In this document: positions 45,164 to 55,532 of the stretch, piece after piece
Position numbering within the stretch: the first letter of the stretch is position 1
Layout: each line of letters starts with the position of its first letter
Assembly: GCA_963703955.1 (NCBI GenBank)
Contig: CAVPGK010000014.1
Coordinates: 47,048-111,047 of the forward strand
From: Nitrospirota bacterium
GTDB lineage: Bacteria > Nitrospirota > Nitrospiria > Nitrospirales > Nitrospiraceae
DNA length: 64,000 nucleotides
Reading direction: 5' to 3'
Made by a program: the position numbers and the translations under genes
The notes under the pieces: model-generated
Seen by the model: only the letters and a program-made list of their open reading frames with translations
What the model was told of the DNA's origin: nothing
Databases searched by the model: none

Positions 45164-45952
45164 GTGATGACACCAATGTCTGCGATTCTCCCCCCCCTGG
45201 CTCAACATTTAGCCGCAATCAAACGGCGCCTCATCATCATGGTGGTGACGATGCTGGCCGCTTTTGTGTTCACCTTTAGTTATGCGCCCGCCCTGATCGA
45301 TTGGCTCAAACGTCCGTTCACCGACGATCTGATCTTCTACGGGCCGACCGAGGCGCTCTTTGCGTCGATCAAGGTCTCCTTGTTGGCCGGGGTCGTCTTA
45401 AGCTTACCTGTGATCCTCTACCAGTGCTGGAAATTCATTGAGCCCGCGCTGCTTCCCCGGGAGCAGCGCTGGGCCATTCCTCTCTTCTGCTTGGCGGTAA
45501 CGTTTTTCGGCTTGGGTCTGGTGTTTTGTAACCTAATTATCCTGCCACTGGTTATTCAGTTCTTTGTCGACTTCGGGATGGACAGGGAGCTGACGCCGCA
45601 ACTCGCGGTCGGGACCTATATTGATTTCAATGTGAAGTTCTTGCTGATTTTCGGATTTGCATTTGAGCTGCCGCTTGTGCTGACGTTACTCTCCAGGGTC
45701 GGTATGATCACGCCGGCCGTGTTGGCGCGGTATCGTAAGCATGCCGTGATGCTGGCGCTCATTGTCTCGGCCATCGTGACGCCTGATGCGACCCTGTTCA
45801 CGATGTTGTTGATGGCCGTGCCGCTGATGGTCCTCTACGAACTGGGTATTGTAGGAGCGAAGCTCTTCGGCCATCGCAACGTCACCGGTGAGTCTGATGG
45901 GAGCGAGAAGAGGCCGATACCGGTGGGCACGGCCGGCCAACGAGTACGCTGA
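45164..45952 (+). CDS. tatC: Twin-arginine translocase TatC
   Basis: PLAQHL..IKRRL, PTEA, YQ.WKFI.PAL..EQR, FELP, AIVTPD, PLMVLYE. Confidence 0.95.
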   Translation: MMTPMSAILPPLAQHLAAIKRRLIIMVVTMLAAFVFTFSYAPALIDWLKRPFTDDLIFYGPTEALFASIKVSLLAGVVLSLPVILYQCWKFIEPALLPREQRWAIPLFCLAVTFFGLGLVFCNLIILPLVIQFFVDFGMDRELTPQLAVGTYIDFNVKFLLIFGFAFELPLVLTLLSRVGMITPAVLARYRKHAVMLALIVSAIVTPDATLFTMLLMAVPLMVLYELGIVGAKLFGHRNVTGESDGSEKRPIPVGTAGQRVR

Positions 45953-45961
45953 TGTGACGTT

Positions 45962-46102
45962 CAAAGGCAAAAATTAAAGGCAAAAGTAAATGTTCGGAAG
46001 GATGAAAAATACAGGCGTCGTCGAGCCATTGATGGCAAGTGGGTTATCTCGCTTCACTATTACCTCATACATTTTTTGCTTTTGCCTTTTTACTTTCTAC
46101 TT
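45962..46102. repeat. Inverted pair of short heptamer-like tandem arrays
   Basis: AAAGGCAAAAATTAAAGGCAAAAGTAAA (45963-45990) faces TTTTGCTTTTGCCTTTTTACTTTCTACTT (46074-46102). Confidence 0.6.
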
Positions 46103-47051
46103 GCTGAGTCCTTTAGGTCCCGCAGAGGCCCAGCAAGCCGCCCCCAGCATTCAGGCTTTGACCACGGCCGGAACGCAGACCGTGTACGCCGGCTCCTTCG
46201 GCAAGGGTGTGTTTCGCAGTGAAGATCGCGGGCAGTCCTGGGCTGCCGCCAATATCGGCCTCAGTGATCCGTTCATCTTGTGCTTGGCGACAACACACGA
46301 CGGAACCGTGTACGCCGGGACATTTCGGGGAGGGGTATTCCGGACCCGGGACCATGGGAAGAGCTGGCAGCCCGTCAATACCGGGTTGAAGCGTCTTGAA
46401 ATCAAATCATTGCTGATTCAGCACGGGATCATTTACGCAGGGACGGGTGATGGTCTCTATCGTCTTCCTGAGGGCACCAACGAATGGTCGGTGGTGACCA
46501 AGGGGTTGGATGAAACGCTCGTTCATGCGATCGCCATGGCTTCAGACCGAACCCTGTACGTGGGGACGTCCGGCAAAGGTCTCTTGCGTTATAAACCCGG
46601 CGCGACATCCAAGGATTCGGAGTGGCGCCGTCTCTCGCACGGGCTGATCGATCATGAAGGGCTCGTTGAGAATTTTATTCGCGTCTTGACGATTGATAAG
46701 GAACAGGCCCTGTATGCCGGCACCTTCGACGGGGGAGTGTTTCGGAGCGGAGATGGGGGCATGACGTGGAAGCCGATCAGCCGGGCCCTGCCCAACGATT
46801 CCATCCGAGGCATAATTACCAATGAGAAAGGGTTGTTTGTGGCGACCGGCAGGGGTGTGTTTCGAAGCCAAAACCAGGGTGGGATGTGGATGCCGATCAA
46901 CAAGGGGCTGACCGAATTATCCATCCAGGCGCTCATCGTGGCCGGTGATGGGGCCCTCTATGCCGGCACGAGCTCCGGGGCGTTCAGGAGCGATGACGAC
47001 GGCAAAAACTGGATCGGCATCAGCGAGGGTCTCCAAGCCGGCGGACCGTAA
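45990..47051 (+). CDS. Exported BNR/YCF48-like beta-propeller protein
   Basis: Repeated YAGT..GVFRS.D.G.SW units; signal peptide ending AEA; start uncertain. Confidence 0.85.
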   Translation: MFGRMKNTGVVEPLMASGLSRFTITSYIFCFCLFTFYLLSPLGPAEAQQAAPSIQALTTAGTQTVYAGSFGKGVFRSEDRGQSWAAANIGLSDPFILCLATTHDGTVYAGTFRGGVFRTRDHGKSWQPVNTGLKRLEIKSLLIQHGIIYAGTGDGLYRLPEGTNEWSVVTKGLDETLVHAIAMASDRTLYVGTSGKGLLRYKPGATSKDSEWRRLSHGLIDHEGLVENFIRVLTIDKEQALYAGTFDGGVFRSGDGGMTWKPISRALPNDSIRGIITNEKGLFVATGRGVFRSQNQGGMWMPINKGLTELSIQALIVAGDGALYAGTSSGAFRSDDDGKNWIGISEGLQAGGP

Positions 47052-47145
47052 CAACTGACGGGCGGAGGATCAGCACTCCCGTCCTCAAGTGCTGAAGGCC
47101 TATCGGTGCATCCATCCGCAACGTTCCGATTCAAGAGGTGTTGCT

Positions 47146-47658
47146 ATGTCGCAAACGGGGAATGAACCGCGTGCCACGATCAAAATTACGATGAAGGGAG
47201 AGCCGCTGGGAGAGATCGTGTTGGGATTCTATCCGGACGTGGCTCCCAACCACGTACAGAACTTCATGAAATTGGCCAAGGAGAAGTTTTATGACGGCTG
47301 TACCTTTCATCGGGTCATCCCGGGATTCATGATCCAGGGCGGTGACCCGAACAGTAGGAAGCCGGACCGCTCCACTCACGGTATGGGTGGACCCGGCTAC
47401 CACGTTCAAGCGGAATTCAACAGCAAACCGCATAGGCGGGGAGTCCTGTCTATGGCCCGGTCGAACGATCCCAATAGCGCCGGGTCGCAGTTCTTTATCT
47501 GCGCGGCCGACTCGCACTTTCTAGATTGGAAGTACACCGCCTTCGGCGAGGTGATCAGCGGGATGGAGGTGGTTGACAAGATCGTCAACGTCAAGCGAGA
47601 CGGGCGCGACAATCCGCTGGAACGCGTCGAGATGACGGTCGCGGTGACGGAGAAGTGA
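47146..47658 (+). CDS. Cyclophilin-type peptidyl-prolyl isomerase
   Basis: APNHVQNF, FYDGCTFHRVIPGFMIQGGDP, LSMAR, SAGSQFFI. Confidence 0.96.
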   Translation: MSQTGNEPRATIKITMKGEPLGEIVLGFYPDVAPNHVQNFMKLAKEKFYDGCTFHRVIPGFMIQGGDPNSRKPDRSTHGMGGPGYHVQAEFNSKPHRRGVLSMARSNDPNSAGSQFFICAADSHFLDWKYTAFGEVISGMEVVDKIVNVKRDGRDNPLERVEMTVAVTEK

Positions 47659-47674
47659 GCGTGAGAGGTGCAGG

Positions 47675-48412
47675 TTGAGAGAAGACCGCCGGCTCCCTTA
47701 CTTAGCCTTAACCTCGACCCTCTTACTGCTCGCCGGTTGCGAAATTCCCCATGTCCCCTCACGAGTCGTCTACGAAGACCCCATCAATTTTGTTCGGTTG
47801 GAACGCGATGCCGCCGTACTTGACGAATTTCCGGAGAGCAAACACAGCCATCCCTTCACGATCGGTGGAGAAGAGGTGGCCGATCTGCTGCGTGGGTTCA
47901 GCGTTCGCGAGCATCGCAACGCCGTCCAGCGGATGATTTTCGGGGAGGCTCCTCGCGAACCTGTCTTTCGTGAAGAGGAAGTTCGCCTACTGGCCGACAA
48001 GCTCGCCGAAGCCCTGTCGCAGGCAAGACCGAATGAGCGCGTGACCTTTTATCTCAGTCTTCCCCAGACGTCGATCAAGCGGCAAATTACCTCCGGTGGT
48101 CTGTACGTGCGGGAACGCCATCTTCACTTCATCCTCGGCAATTTTCGGGTTATCTACGGTATTCCGGCATACGGGATGGTTTACGATCGACGATATCCGA
48201 TGATGCCGACTTCGGCGAAAGGCTTCGACATCTTCTTTGAACCGGCCCGCGCCCTGGTCCCGCAGCAGGTCCGGTTTTGGAATAGACTGCTGGGGCAGGA
48301 AAAAGATGAAATCGTGATCGACCTGCTCAACCTGGGTCCGACGGGGCCGGTCGCCTCAGGCTCTCAAGGACCGGGGGCCTCGATCCCGGTCAGGGGAAGA
48401 GCTGCTGCATAG
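47675..48412 (+). CDS. Hypothetical lipoprotein (paralog of 60856-61542)
   Basis: Lipobox LAGC; shares HP..I..EEVA.LLR.FS.RE and P.F..E...LA..L.EAL..A.P.ERV.F with the 60856 ORF. Confidence 0.75.
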   Translation: MREDRRLPYLALTSTLLLLAGCEIPHVPSRVVYEDPINFVRLERDAAVLDEFPESKHSHPFTIGGEEVADLLRGFSVREHRNAVQRMIFGEAPREPVFREEEVRLLADKLAEALSQARPNERVTFYLSLPQTSIKRQITSGGLYVRERHLHFILGNFRVIYGIPAYGMVYDRRYPMMPTSAKGFDIFFEPARALVPQQVRFWNRLLGQEKDEIVIDLLNLGPTGPVASGSQGPGASIPVRGRAAA

Positions 48413-49740
48413 GCAAGAGTGACCTCCGCGATCTTGTAGTCGTACTGCGCTTCGGCCAGTCGAGTTTGCGCCGCCCACACTGCGACTTCCGACTGTGTGA
48501 CCTCCACCACGGATCCCAATCCAAGTTTGTACCGCTGCCGCGCGAGCTGAAGCGCTTCCTGTGCGGTCTTGACCTGTTCCTGCGCCAACTTGATCTGCTC
48601 AGCAAGAGTAACGGTCTCAAGGTAGGACGTTGTCACCTGTTGGGTGAGAGCCTGTTCAATATTGGCGCTCCCTGCCTGGGCGGCGGTTTGTTGTGCGGCG
48701 GCCTCTCGCACCTGGTTTTCAATCATAAATCCGGTGAAGAGCGGCATCGACACGAATGCCCCGGCGGTCCACCATCCGCCGGTGGGAAGATCGCGACTGG
48801 TATCGAAGGTCTCATAGTTTCCCCCACTGGCCAGGGCCGAGATGGTCGGCAGGTGCTGTCGCTTCATGGCCCTCACCCGAGCCTCGGCGGAGGCAATCTG
48901 TTCCTTGGCTTTCCGAAGCTCTGGGTGCGCCAGGCTTTCGGTGATCAAGGTCTCCAGGGACCGTTGTGGTCGCACCTCCACCGAAAGATCCTCCAGTACA
49001 TAGTCATCGGCTCCGGCGATCCCCATGACCCGGTTCAAGTCGGCGAAGCTGGCTTTCAAGTCGTTTCTGGCTTTGACGAGCAAGGATTCCGCATTGGTCA
49101 ACTCGACTTGCACCAGATCCAGATCCAATTTGGACTTGAGCTGCTGGCGGAAGAGGGCCTCGATCTGGCCCTTGATCACACCTCGCTCCCGTACCGTCTG
49201 CTCGGCTATTTCCACGAGCCTTCGTCGTTTCAAGCTGCTGAAATAGGTGCGCTGCACATTCAATGCGACGAGGGCGCGCCGGGCCTGAATATCCTGCTCC
49301 TGCGCCTGTTCAGCGAGTTGGGACGATTCCACGAGGTTACGCGTGAACCCGAAATCATACAGCCGCTGATTGGCGATCACTCCCGCGCTGTAGGCGCTGA
49401 GATTCGATTGGAGGAGGCCGCCGCCGATCAGAAAACGGGGATTGATGCGACCCGAGCCCGCGGCGGTGTCGACATTGGCATAGAGCTGTGGGTAGTAGAG
49501 TGACTTGGTCTGCTGAGTTCTTGCCGTGGCTGCCTTCATGCTGGCCGAGGCTTCCTGCAGAATGGGATGTTTCTGAAGCGCGACGTCAAGCGCTTGTCTC
49601 ATCGCCAAGAAACTGCCGTGAATGGCGGGTTCGAACGCCGGCTTGCTAGTCTCTGCTCGGACGGAGCCTTGAGGCCAGAAGCAGAGCGTCAGGAAGAGGG
49701 TCATGACCAATGCTGTTGTCGTGCGAGTTTGTCGGCGCAT
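48364..49740 (-). CDS. TolC-family outer membrane factor
   Basis: Signal peptide; ALQKHP, YYPQL, LYDFG, LPTIS, PLFTG, RYKLGLGS..EV two-repeat OEP pattern. Confidence 0.92.
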   Translation of the reverse strand: MRRQTRTTTALVMTLFLTLCFWPQGSVRAETSKPAFEPAIHGSFLAMRQALDVALQKHPILQEASASMKAATARTQQTKSLYYPQLYANVDTAAGSGRINPRFLIGGGLLQSNLSAYSAGVIANQRLYDFGFTRNLVESSQLAEQAQEQDIQARRALVALNVQRTYFSSLKRRRLVEIAEQTVRERGVIKGQIEALFRQQLKSKLDLDLVQVELTNAESLLVKARNDLKASFADLNRVMGIAGADDYVLEDLSVEVRPQRSLETLITESLAHPELRKAKEQIASAEARVRAMKRQHLPTISALASGGNYETFDTSRDLPTGGWWTAGAFVSMPLFTGFMIENQVREAAAQQTAAQAGSANIEQALTQQVTTSYLETVTLAEQIKLAQEQVKTAQEALQLARQRYKLGLGSVVEVTQSEVAVWAAQTRLAEAQYDYKIAEVTLAYAAALPLTGIEAPGP

Positions 49741-49990
49741 CGGCGTTCTCCTTACCGAAGTTGCACCGCTGCCGTGCTGGCCAGCAGGTTATGGAGTTGT
49801 GGGACGACTGGCTTCCATGATCCGAGTTGTTTCGAGGACTACTACAGTCTGCCGGGCACTCCTTCAGTGATTTCGATCGGGGATTGTCGGCACGCTCTTG
49901 GACTCTTCCTGATAGAGATTTGAGAACACCATAATCAGCAATCACACTTTCTCATTATGGATGGGCCCAGCTTGCCATCTAGGCGGAGGG

Positions 49991-50296
49991 CTAGACCGCC
50001 TGCAGGCAAGGGAGGACAAACACTCGCAAAGGAATCTTCGCTCCATAGAGTTCCTGCCCTCGTTGGTCACGAAACGTTTTCAATCCTTCCACGACACGAT
50101 CTGCATGATCCTCCGGCAAGGCTGTAAGGATCATGCTGTTGACCCCTGGCCCGGCAAAAGAGTGAAAGGCATCACCGGTCTCGCCGGTGCCACCCACCTT
50201 GTGTAGCTCGGTGAAGCCCTTCACGTTCTGCTCATTCAGCAGGGCAACAATCTCTTCCTCAAGGGATTCGCGAAATACGATCAGCAGCATCTTCAT
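49991..50296 (-). CDS. P-II-like transporter-associated protein
   Basis: VKGFTELHKVGGTGETG, PGVNSMIL; located inside the RND operon. Confidence 0.75.
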   Translation of the reverse strand: MKMLLIVFRESLEEEIVALLNEQNVKGFTELHKVGGTGETGDAFHSFAGPGVNSMILTALPEDHADRVVEGLKTFRDQRGQELYGAKIPLRVFVLPCLQAV

Positions 50297-50433
50297 GAAT
50301 GCTCTCCCTTCAGGCCAAAGTCCTACCAGCCTGCTTTGTCGGCGGCTCGAACTTCTTGAGGCGACAGCCAGGCATCAGTCACACCGTCAGAGCGCTTAGC
50401 GAACGCGCATGGTTTGATGCACCGTTGAGGCGA

Positions 50434-51669
50434 TTATCTCCGTGAGTCGAATTTCTGCACAGACGGAGTGCCCTCAGGGAGGTTATAAGGCGCGGCGCGG
50501 ACCGCTGTCCCGTCAGAGAGCTGGGTCTTTCCGACCACCACCACGTCTTCCGTCCCGGTGAGACCCTGGACAACCTCGAGCCAGCGGCCGTCGCTCACAC
50601 CGGTTTGGATCTTCCGTTGAGCCGCCTTTCCTTGGTCGGCAACAAACACCATTTTGCTGTTCCCCTGCGTGATCAGCGCGCCGGCAGGAATGACCAAGGC
50701 ATCCGTGTGTTTACGCAGTTCAAGCGTCAGTTCACCGAAGGTCCCGGGCTGCAGGGCTTGATCGGGATTCGGCAAATCCACTTCAATGAGGAGGCTGCGG
50801 GTAGAGGGGTCTAAAGCGAATGTCGTTCGGGTCACGGAGCCGCGGAATGGCCGGCCGGGTAATTCCTTCACCGTCAACACAGCCGGCGTGCCGACTTTGG
50901 CCCAAGGCGTATCTTCCTGCGGCACGTTGGCATAGACCCTCACGGTTTCGAGGTCCATGATGGTGAAGAGCGGAATCGCGCCGGCAGATGAAGTCATCGC
51001 CACCTGGATGAGCGCGCCGGGATCGACAAATCGAGCGGTGATGGTCCCCGAATAGGGCGCCCGAACTTTGGTGTAATCGCGGAGGGCCATGCGCTGCTCC
51101 ATCAAATGCCGAGCCCCCTCGAACGCAGCTTCCGCCATGTCCACATCCTGCTTGGCGATGACATCGGGCGTTTGTTTCCACACATTGGCGAGCCGCTCGT
51201 ACGTGATCTTCTTGATCTTGTAGTCGGCAACCGCCTGCTGGTACTGCTCCTCCACCTCAGGCGCATCGATAACCGCGAGAACTTGATCTTTCTTGACGCG
51301 ATCACCTTTATCTGGCCCGATCCATTTCAGGTAGCCCGACACCTTGGCATAGAGCGTTGTTTGATAGAGCGGCGCGACGTTTGCGGGAAGAGAAATTGAG
51401 TAGACCACGTCGCGGCGAGTTGGTTTGACGACCTGAACGTCGACGACGTGGGAACTGGCCTGCTTCTCTGATGGAAGAGACTGTCCGCCTCCGGCCGATT
51501 GATCATCACCTGCGGGAACGCCTTCGCTTCGTTGGAGCAGCAGGGCGCCGACTCCCAGCAGTACTACAGAGCCAATGGCCATGATGACCAGCAGCCGCCA
51601 TCGTGCGATTCCTCGGCTCGCAGAGTTGGAGGGCATAGGTGTCATCAGCGGACCATCATTCGCTTGCAT
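50434..51669 (-). CDS. RND periplasmic adaptor (MFP)
   Basis: TM anchor; YAKVSGYL, DKGDRVKK, VRAPYSGTIT.R.VD.G, LDPSTRSL, LQPG.FG. Confidence 0.92.
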   Translation of the reverse strand: MQANDGPLMTPMPSNSASRGIARWRLLVIMAIGSVVLLGVGALLLQRSEGVPAGDDQSAGGGQSLPSEKQASSHVVDVQVVKPTRRDVVYSISLPANVAPLYQTTLYAKVSGYLKWIGPDKGDRVKKDQVLAVIDAPEVEEQYQQAVADYKIKKITYERLANVWKQTPDVIAKQDVDMAEAAFEGARHLMEQRMALRDYTKVRAPYSGTITARFVDPGALIQVAMTSSAGAIPLFTIMDLETVRVYANVPQEDTPWAKVGTPAVLTVKELPGRPFRGSVTRTTFALDPSTRSLLIEVDLPNPDQALQPGTFGELTLELRKHTDALVIPAGALITQGNSKMVFVADQGKAAQRKIQTGVSDGRWLEVVQGLTGTEDVVVVGKTQLSDGTAVRAAPYNLPEGTPSVQKFDSRR

Positions 51670-54600
51670 GCGATTCCGCACGACGGGAATGCGGGGACTC
51701 GCGCGCCAGAATGATGCTGTGGAGCACTGGCACAACGAGCAGCGTCATGATCGTGGAGACGAATAAGCCTCCCACGACAGCCCTGGCCAACGGTACCATG
51801 GTTTCGTTGCCTTCTCCAAACCCCAAGGACAATGGCAGGAGTCCGAGAATGGTGGCGAGCGCCGTCATGATGATCGGTCGGAGCCTTCGCCGGCCCGCCT
51901 CGATCACCGCTTGCTCGGGAAGCAGGCCTGATCGGGCCATGCGATTGGCGAAGTCGACCAGGAGAATGCTGTTGGAGACGACGATGCCCATCATCATCAA
52001 GGTGCCGATCATGGATTCGACATTCGCCGAGGTGCCGGTCAGGTACAGCATGAGGACCGTCCCGATCCAACCGAGCGGAACGGCCAAGAGGATGATCACC
52101 GGATCGATCAGCGAGCGAAACAGCCCGACCATGACCAGATAAATCAGGACCACCGCAAGCGGCAGGGCCAGGGCAAAATTCTGGAACGCGGCACGCATGT
52201 TGGCCACCTCGCCCTTCAGAGTGATCACGACATCTTTGGGAGGTGTCACCGTCTTCAGGACGTCTTCGATCTGGCCGGCGACGCGGCCGAGGTCATTGCC
52301 GACGGGAGTTATTAGCACGTCGATGAGGCGAGACAGATCATAATGATCCACCGAGTCGGGGCCGGTCTTATGGACCAACGTCGCGACATCGCGGAGCCGA
52401 ACCTCCGGACCGCGCGCGTCCTCGGCGCCGAAGAAGCGAGGTCCTACATTCGAGGTCCGACCGGCGAACGGGGTGTTCTCAAGGGCCAAGCTAGCTCCAG
52501 TCATCCCCGGCGTCACGATACTGGCGGTGGGCAAGAGCGGCACGCGCGCGCCGACAAGAGGAATGTTGAGAAGGTCCTCGGTCTTCTCGAGAGATTGTTC
52601 GGGATATTGGGCCAGCAGGTAGTAGCCGTTGGCGGTTTTCGGATCCAGCCAGTAGTTGGGACTCAACGCAATGTTCGAACTCAGTCCCGTGATCACGTCC
52701 ACAATGACTCCGTCCTGAGTAATACCGTAGTAGGCCGCCTTCCCACGATCGACATTCACGTGGAGTTCCGGGTAATTCTTGCCCTGCTTGATCCGCACGT
52801 CGGTCGTGTCGGGAATCTGAGCGACGCGATCGCGAATTTGCTCGGCCACGGGTCTGATCAATTCCAGCCGAGGCCCTCTCACTTGAATATCGACGGGTGC
52901 ACGCAAGCCGAAATTCAAGACGTCGCTCACAATGCCGCCCGTCTGAAATGCCACGTCGATCCCGGGCAATTCTTTCCGCAATCGTTCCCGAAGTTGGGCA
53001 ATGTAGTCGTCCGAATGACCCCGGTGTCCGGTGATCAGGTTCACCAGGACAAAGGCGGTGTGTGGGCCGGTGTTTGGCGCAAAGCGGCCCGCGTCGCCGT
53101 AATAGAGTCCGACGTTGGCGACGACCTCGTCGAGATCGCTCTTCGGGACGACGTGGCGAACGAGCTTCTCGATTTCGCCGACGATCGCGCTGGTCTTCTC
53201 GATCCGGGTGCCCTCCGGGGCCGTCACCAGCATCGTAAAGTTTCCGGCATCGATCTTCGGAAAGAATTCGGTGTGCAGACGGGGAACAAGGACGATTCCC
53301 ACCGCAACCAGCACCGCGAGCGCACCGGCGATGACCAGCGGCTTATACCGAAGGCCGAAGCGAAGGAGGCGTTCGTAGAGGTTCAGGAGGATCGCGAACC
53401 ACCCTTCATCTGCTCGACCCTGCTCGCCGGTCCCATGGCCTCCACTGTAGAGCCGAGCAAGTACAACTGGAGTGACGGACATGGACACGGCATAGTCGGC
53501 CAACATGGCAAAGGCCACGGTCATGGCTAGCGGAACGAAGAGAAATTTGATGATCCCGGTGAAAAAGATGATCGGTAGATAGACAATCAGGATGCAGATC
53601 GTCGCGACCAGAATGGGAAGAGTGAGCTCCGTGGCGCTGTCCTCGGCAGCCGACCGGCCGTCCTTTCCCATTTCCAAATGGCGGTGCAGGTTCTCCTGGA
53701 CGACGATGTTGTTGTCCAGAAGCGTCCCGATCACGAGGGCCAGCCCCCCAGCGTCATGATATTGACGCTCTGGCCGAAGAGGTACAAGAGCACCAGCGCG
53801 GACGTCAATGACAGAGGGATCGCGAGGCTCACCACCAGCGCGGCCTTGATGCTGCGCAGAAAAAGAAAGATCATCAAACCGGCCAGAACGGCGCCCAACA
53901 GACCTTCCTTCTGAAGATTCGAAATGGCTTCCCGGATATACAAGGATTGGTCATAGATGAATTTGACGGAGGCCCCGGCGGGGATTTCCGTCAACTTCGG
54001 AATTCTCGACCGAACGCCATCGGCCACATTGAGCGTATTGGCGCCCTCCTGTTTGGTCACGGGAATATAGACCGACTCGCGTCCGTCCACGCGTACAATG
54101 GACGTCTGGATGGCGGCCGAATCGGCCGCCGTGCCGATATCTCGGACCAGCACCGGCGTTCCGTTCACGACCTTGATCGGGATATCGTTGATCTGATCCA
54201 CCACGCTGATGAGGCTGTTCGAGTAGACGTAGTAGTTGAGGTCGCCCACCTTGACGTCCCCGGCCGGCAGGATCGCATTCTGGGCGTTGATGGCCTTCAC
54301 GACCTCAGAGGGAGAGATGCCGCGCGCCAGCATTTCCTGCTGATCCATGAAGATCGTGATCTGGCGCACCTTACCGCCCAGCACAGGAGGGGTCGAGATC
54401 CCCGGAATCGAGGCCATTTGTGGGCGCACGGTGAAGTAGGCGAGGTCGCGCATCTCCTTTTCGCTGAGCGTTTCGCTGCTGACGGTCAACAGACCGATGG
54501 GCAGACTGGCCACCCCAAACTTGTAGACGGAAGGCGGAAAGACACCGGTCGGGAGCAGACGAATGATGCTATAGGCGAGGCTGGTCAACTCGGACTGTGC

Positions 54601-54906
54601 GGCATCGATGCCGTATTCCGGTTGGAAAAAGACCTTGATGTAGCTGATCCCGGCCAATGACTGGGATTCGATGTGCTCAATGTAGCTCGCCTGCAAGAAT
54701 TGCTGCTCGAAGCGCAGGGTGATCGCGCCTTCCATTTCGGACGGGCTGAGGCCTCGGTAGAATGTGGACACAAGGATGACCGGAATATTGATGTCCGGAA
54801 AGATGTCCACCTTCATCTTCTCGTAGGACACGGCGCCCAAAATGACAACGATGAGGCAGATCGCCAAGACGGCATACGGATTTTTCAATGCCGATCTGGT
54901 CAGCAT
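51656..54906 (-). pseudogene. AcrB/NolG-like RND permease split by a frameshift near 53745
   Basis: ORFs 53731-54906 and 51656-53734 join as NIMTLGG|LALVIGTLLDNNIVV if the G6 run (plus-strand C6, 53744-53749) were G7; C-terminal RLRPIIMT..PLARAVVGGL. Confidence 0.85.
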
Positions 54907-55349
54907 CGGTCCGAGGTCCTATTCCAATTCAACCAGAACTGACAGAGAGCGCCGGCCAGTATGACAAGTTGGGAAAAGGTAGGGGGCTTCACGACGTACC
55001 CATTCGCCCCCGCTGCGTATGACGCTTCAACGTCCTGGGGATCATCGGATGTGGTCAACATCACGATCGGAAGGCCGGCAAGGAGGCGATTTGCGCGGAG
55101 TCGTCGCACGAGATCGATCCCATTGCCGTTCGTCAGCTTGACGTCGATCAGGACCAGGCTCGGAAGTCCCGTGGGGCAGGTGACCGCCTGGTGTTCGAGA
55201 AAGGCGAGCGCGGATTCTATCTCGCGCTCAACACGCGTCACCTTATCCAGGCCGTGGCTGGCGATCGCCTGGCCCAGCAACTCGCTCTGAGCCGGGCTGT
55301 CCTCGACCAGGAGAATCCGTGTGGAAGCGTCTGATGCCTGCCCATTCAT
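54900..55349 (-). CDS. Single-domain response regulator (Rcp1-like)
   Basis: ILLVEDS, LIDVKL, PIVMLTTS, SYAAGANGYVVKP; overlaps the RND start. Confidence 0.88.
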   Translation of the reverse strand: MNGQASDASTRILLVEDSPAQSELLGQAIASHGLDKVTRVEREIESALAFLEHQAVTCPTGLPSLVLIDVKLTNGNGIDLVRRLRANRLLAGLPIVMLTTSDDPQDVEASYAAGANGYVVKPPTFSQLVILAGALCQFWLNWNRTSDRC

Positions 55350-55441
55350 GTTGCTCGGTTCCCTCGCTGGGATCTTGAGCAATTCGAATACCAGGGACGC
55401 TAGATGGCTGGAGGAGTGGATGGTCAGGAAATTCCTCAGAA

Positions 55442-55457
55442 AGCGGGTCCCCTGCCA
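55442..55457 (-). promoter_or_regulatory. Possible sigma54 -24/-12 promoter for the REC-RND operon
   Basis: TGGCAGGGGACCCGCT has correct GG-N10-GC spacing but a poor -12 (CCGC instead of TTGC); a sigma54 activator gene is adjacent. Confidence 0.25.
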
Positions 55458-55532
55458 AGCCAAACGTGATTCGCGACCGTACGAAAGCTGGGAATCTTGC
55501 CATGGGGGCTCTGGAGTTTTTCCAGAGCGTCA

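Noticed and set aside
48364..48412. 49-bp convergent overlap of the lipoprotein and tolC 3' ends as an island boundary
   Set aside because: No target-site duplication or att-like repeat seen at the other end (~58.5 kb); short convergent overlaps are common
49646..49945. 99-aa ORF between the P-II-like gene and tolC
   Set aside because: Overlaps the tolC start out of frame and has no protein-like features
52343..53530. 395-aa plus-strand ORF (and similar long antisense ORFs at 11691-12740, 48466-49503, 7713-8630)
   Set aside because: Antisense shadows of well-supported genes in a GC-rich genome; no family motifs
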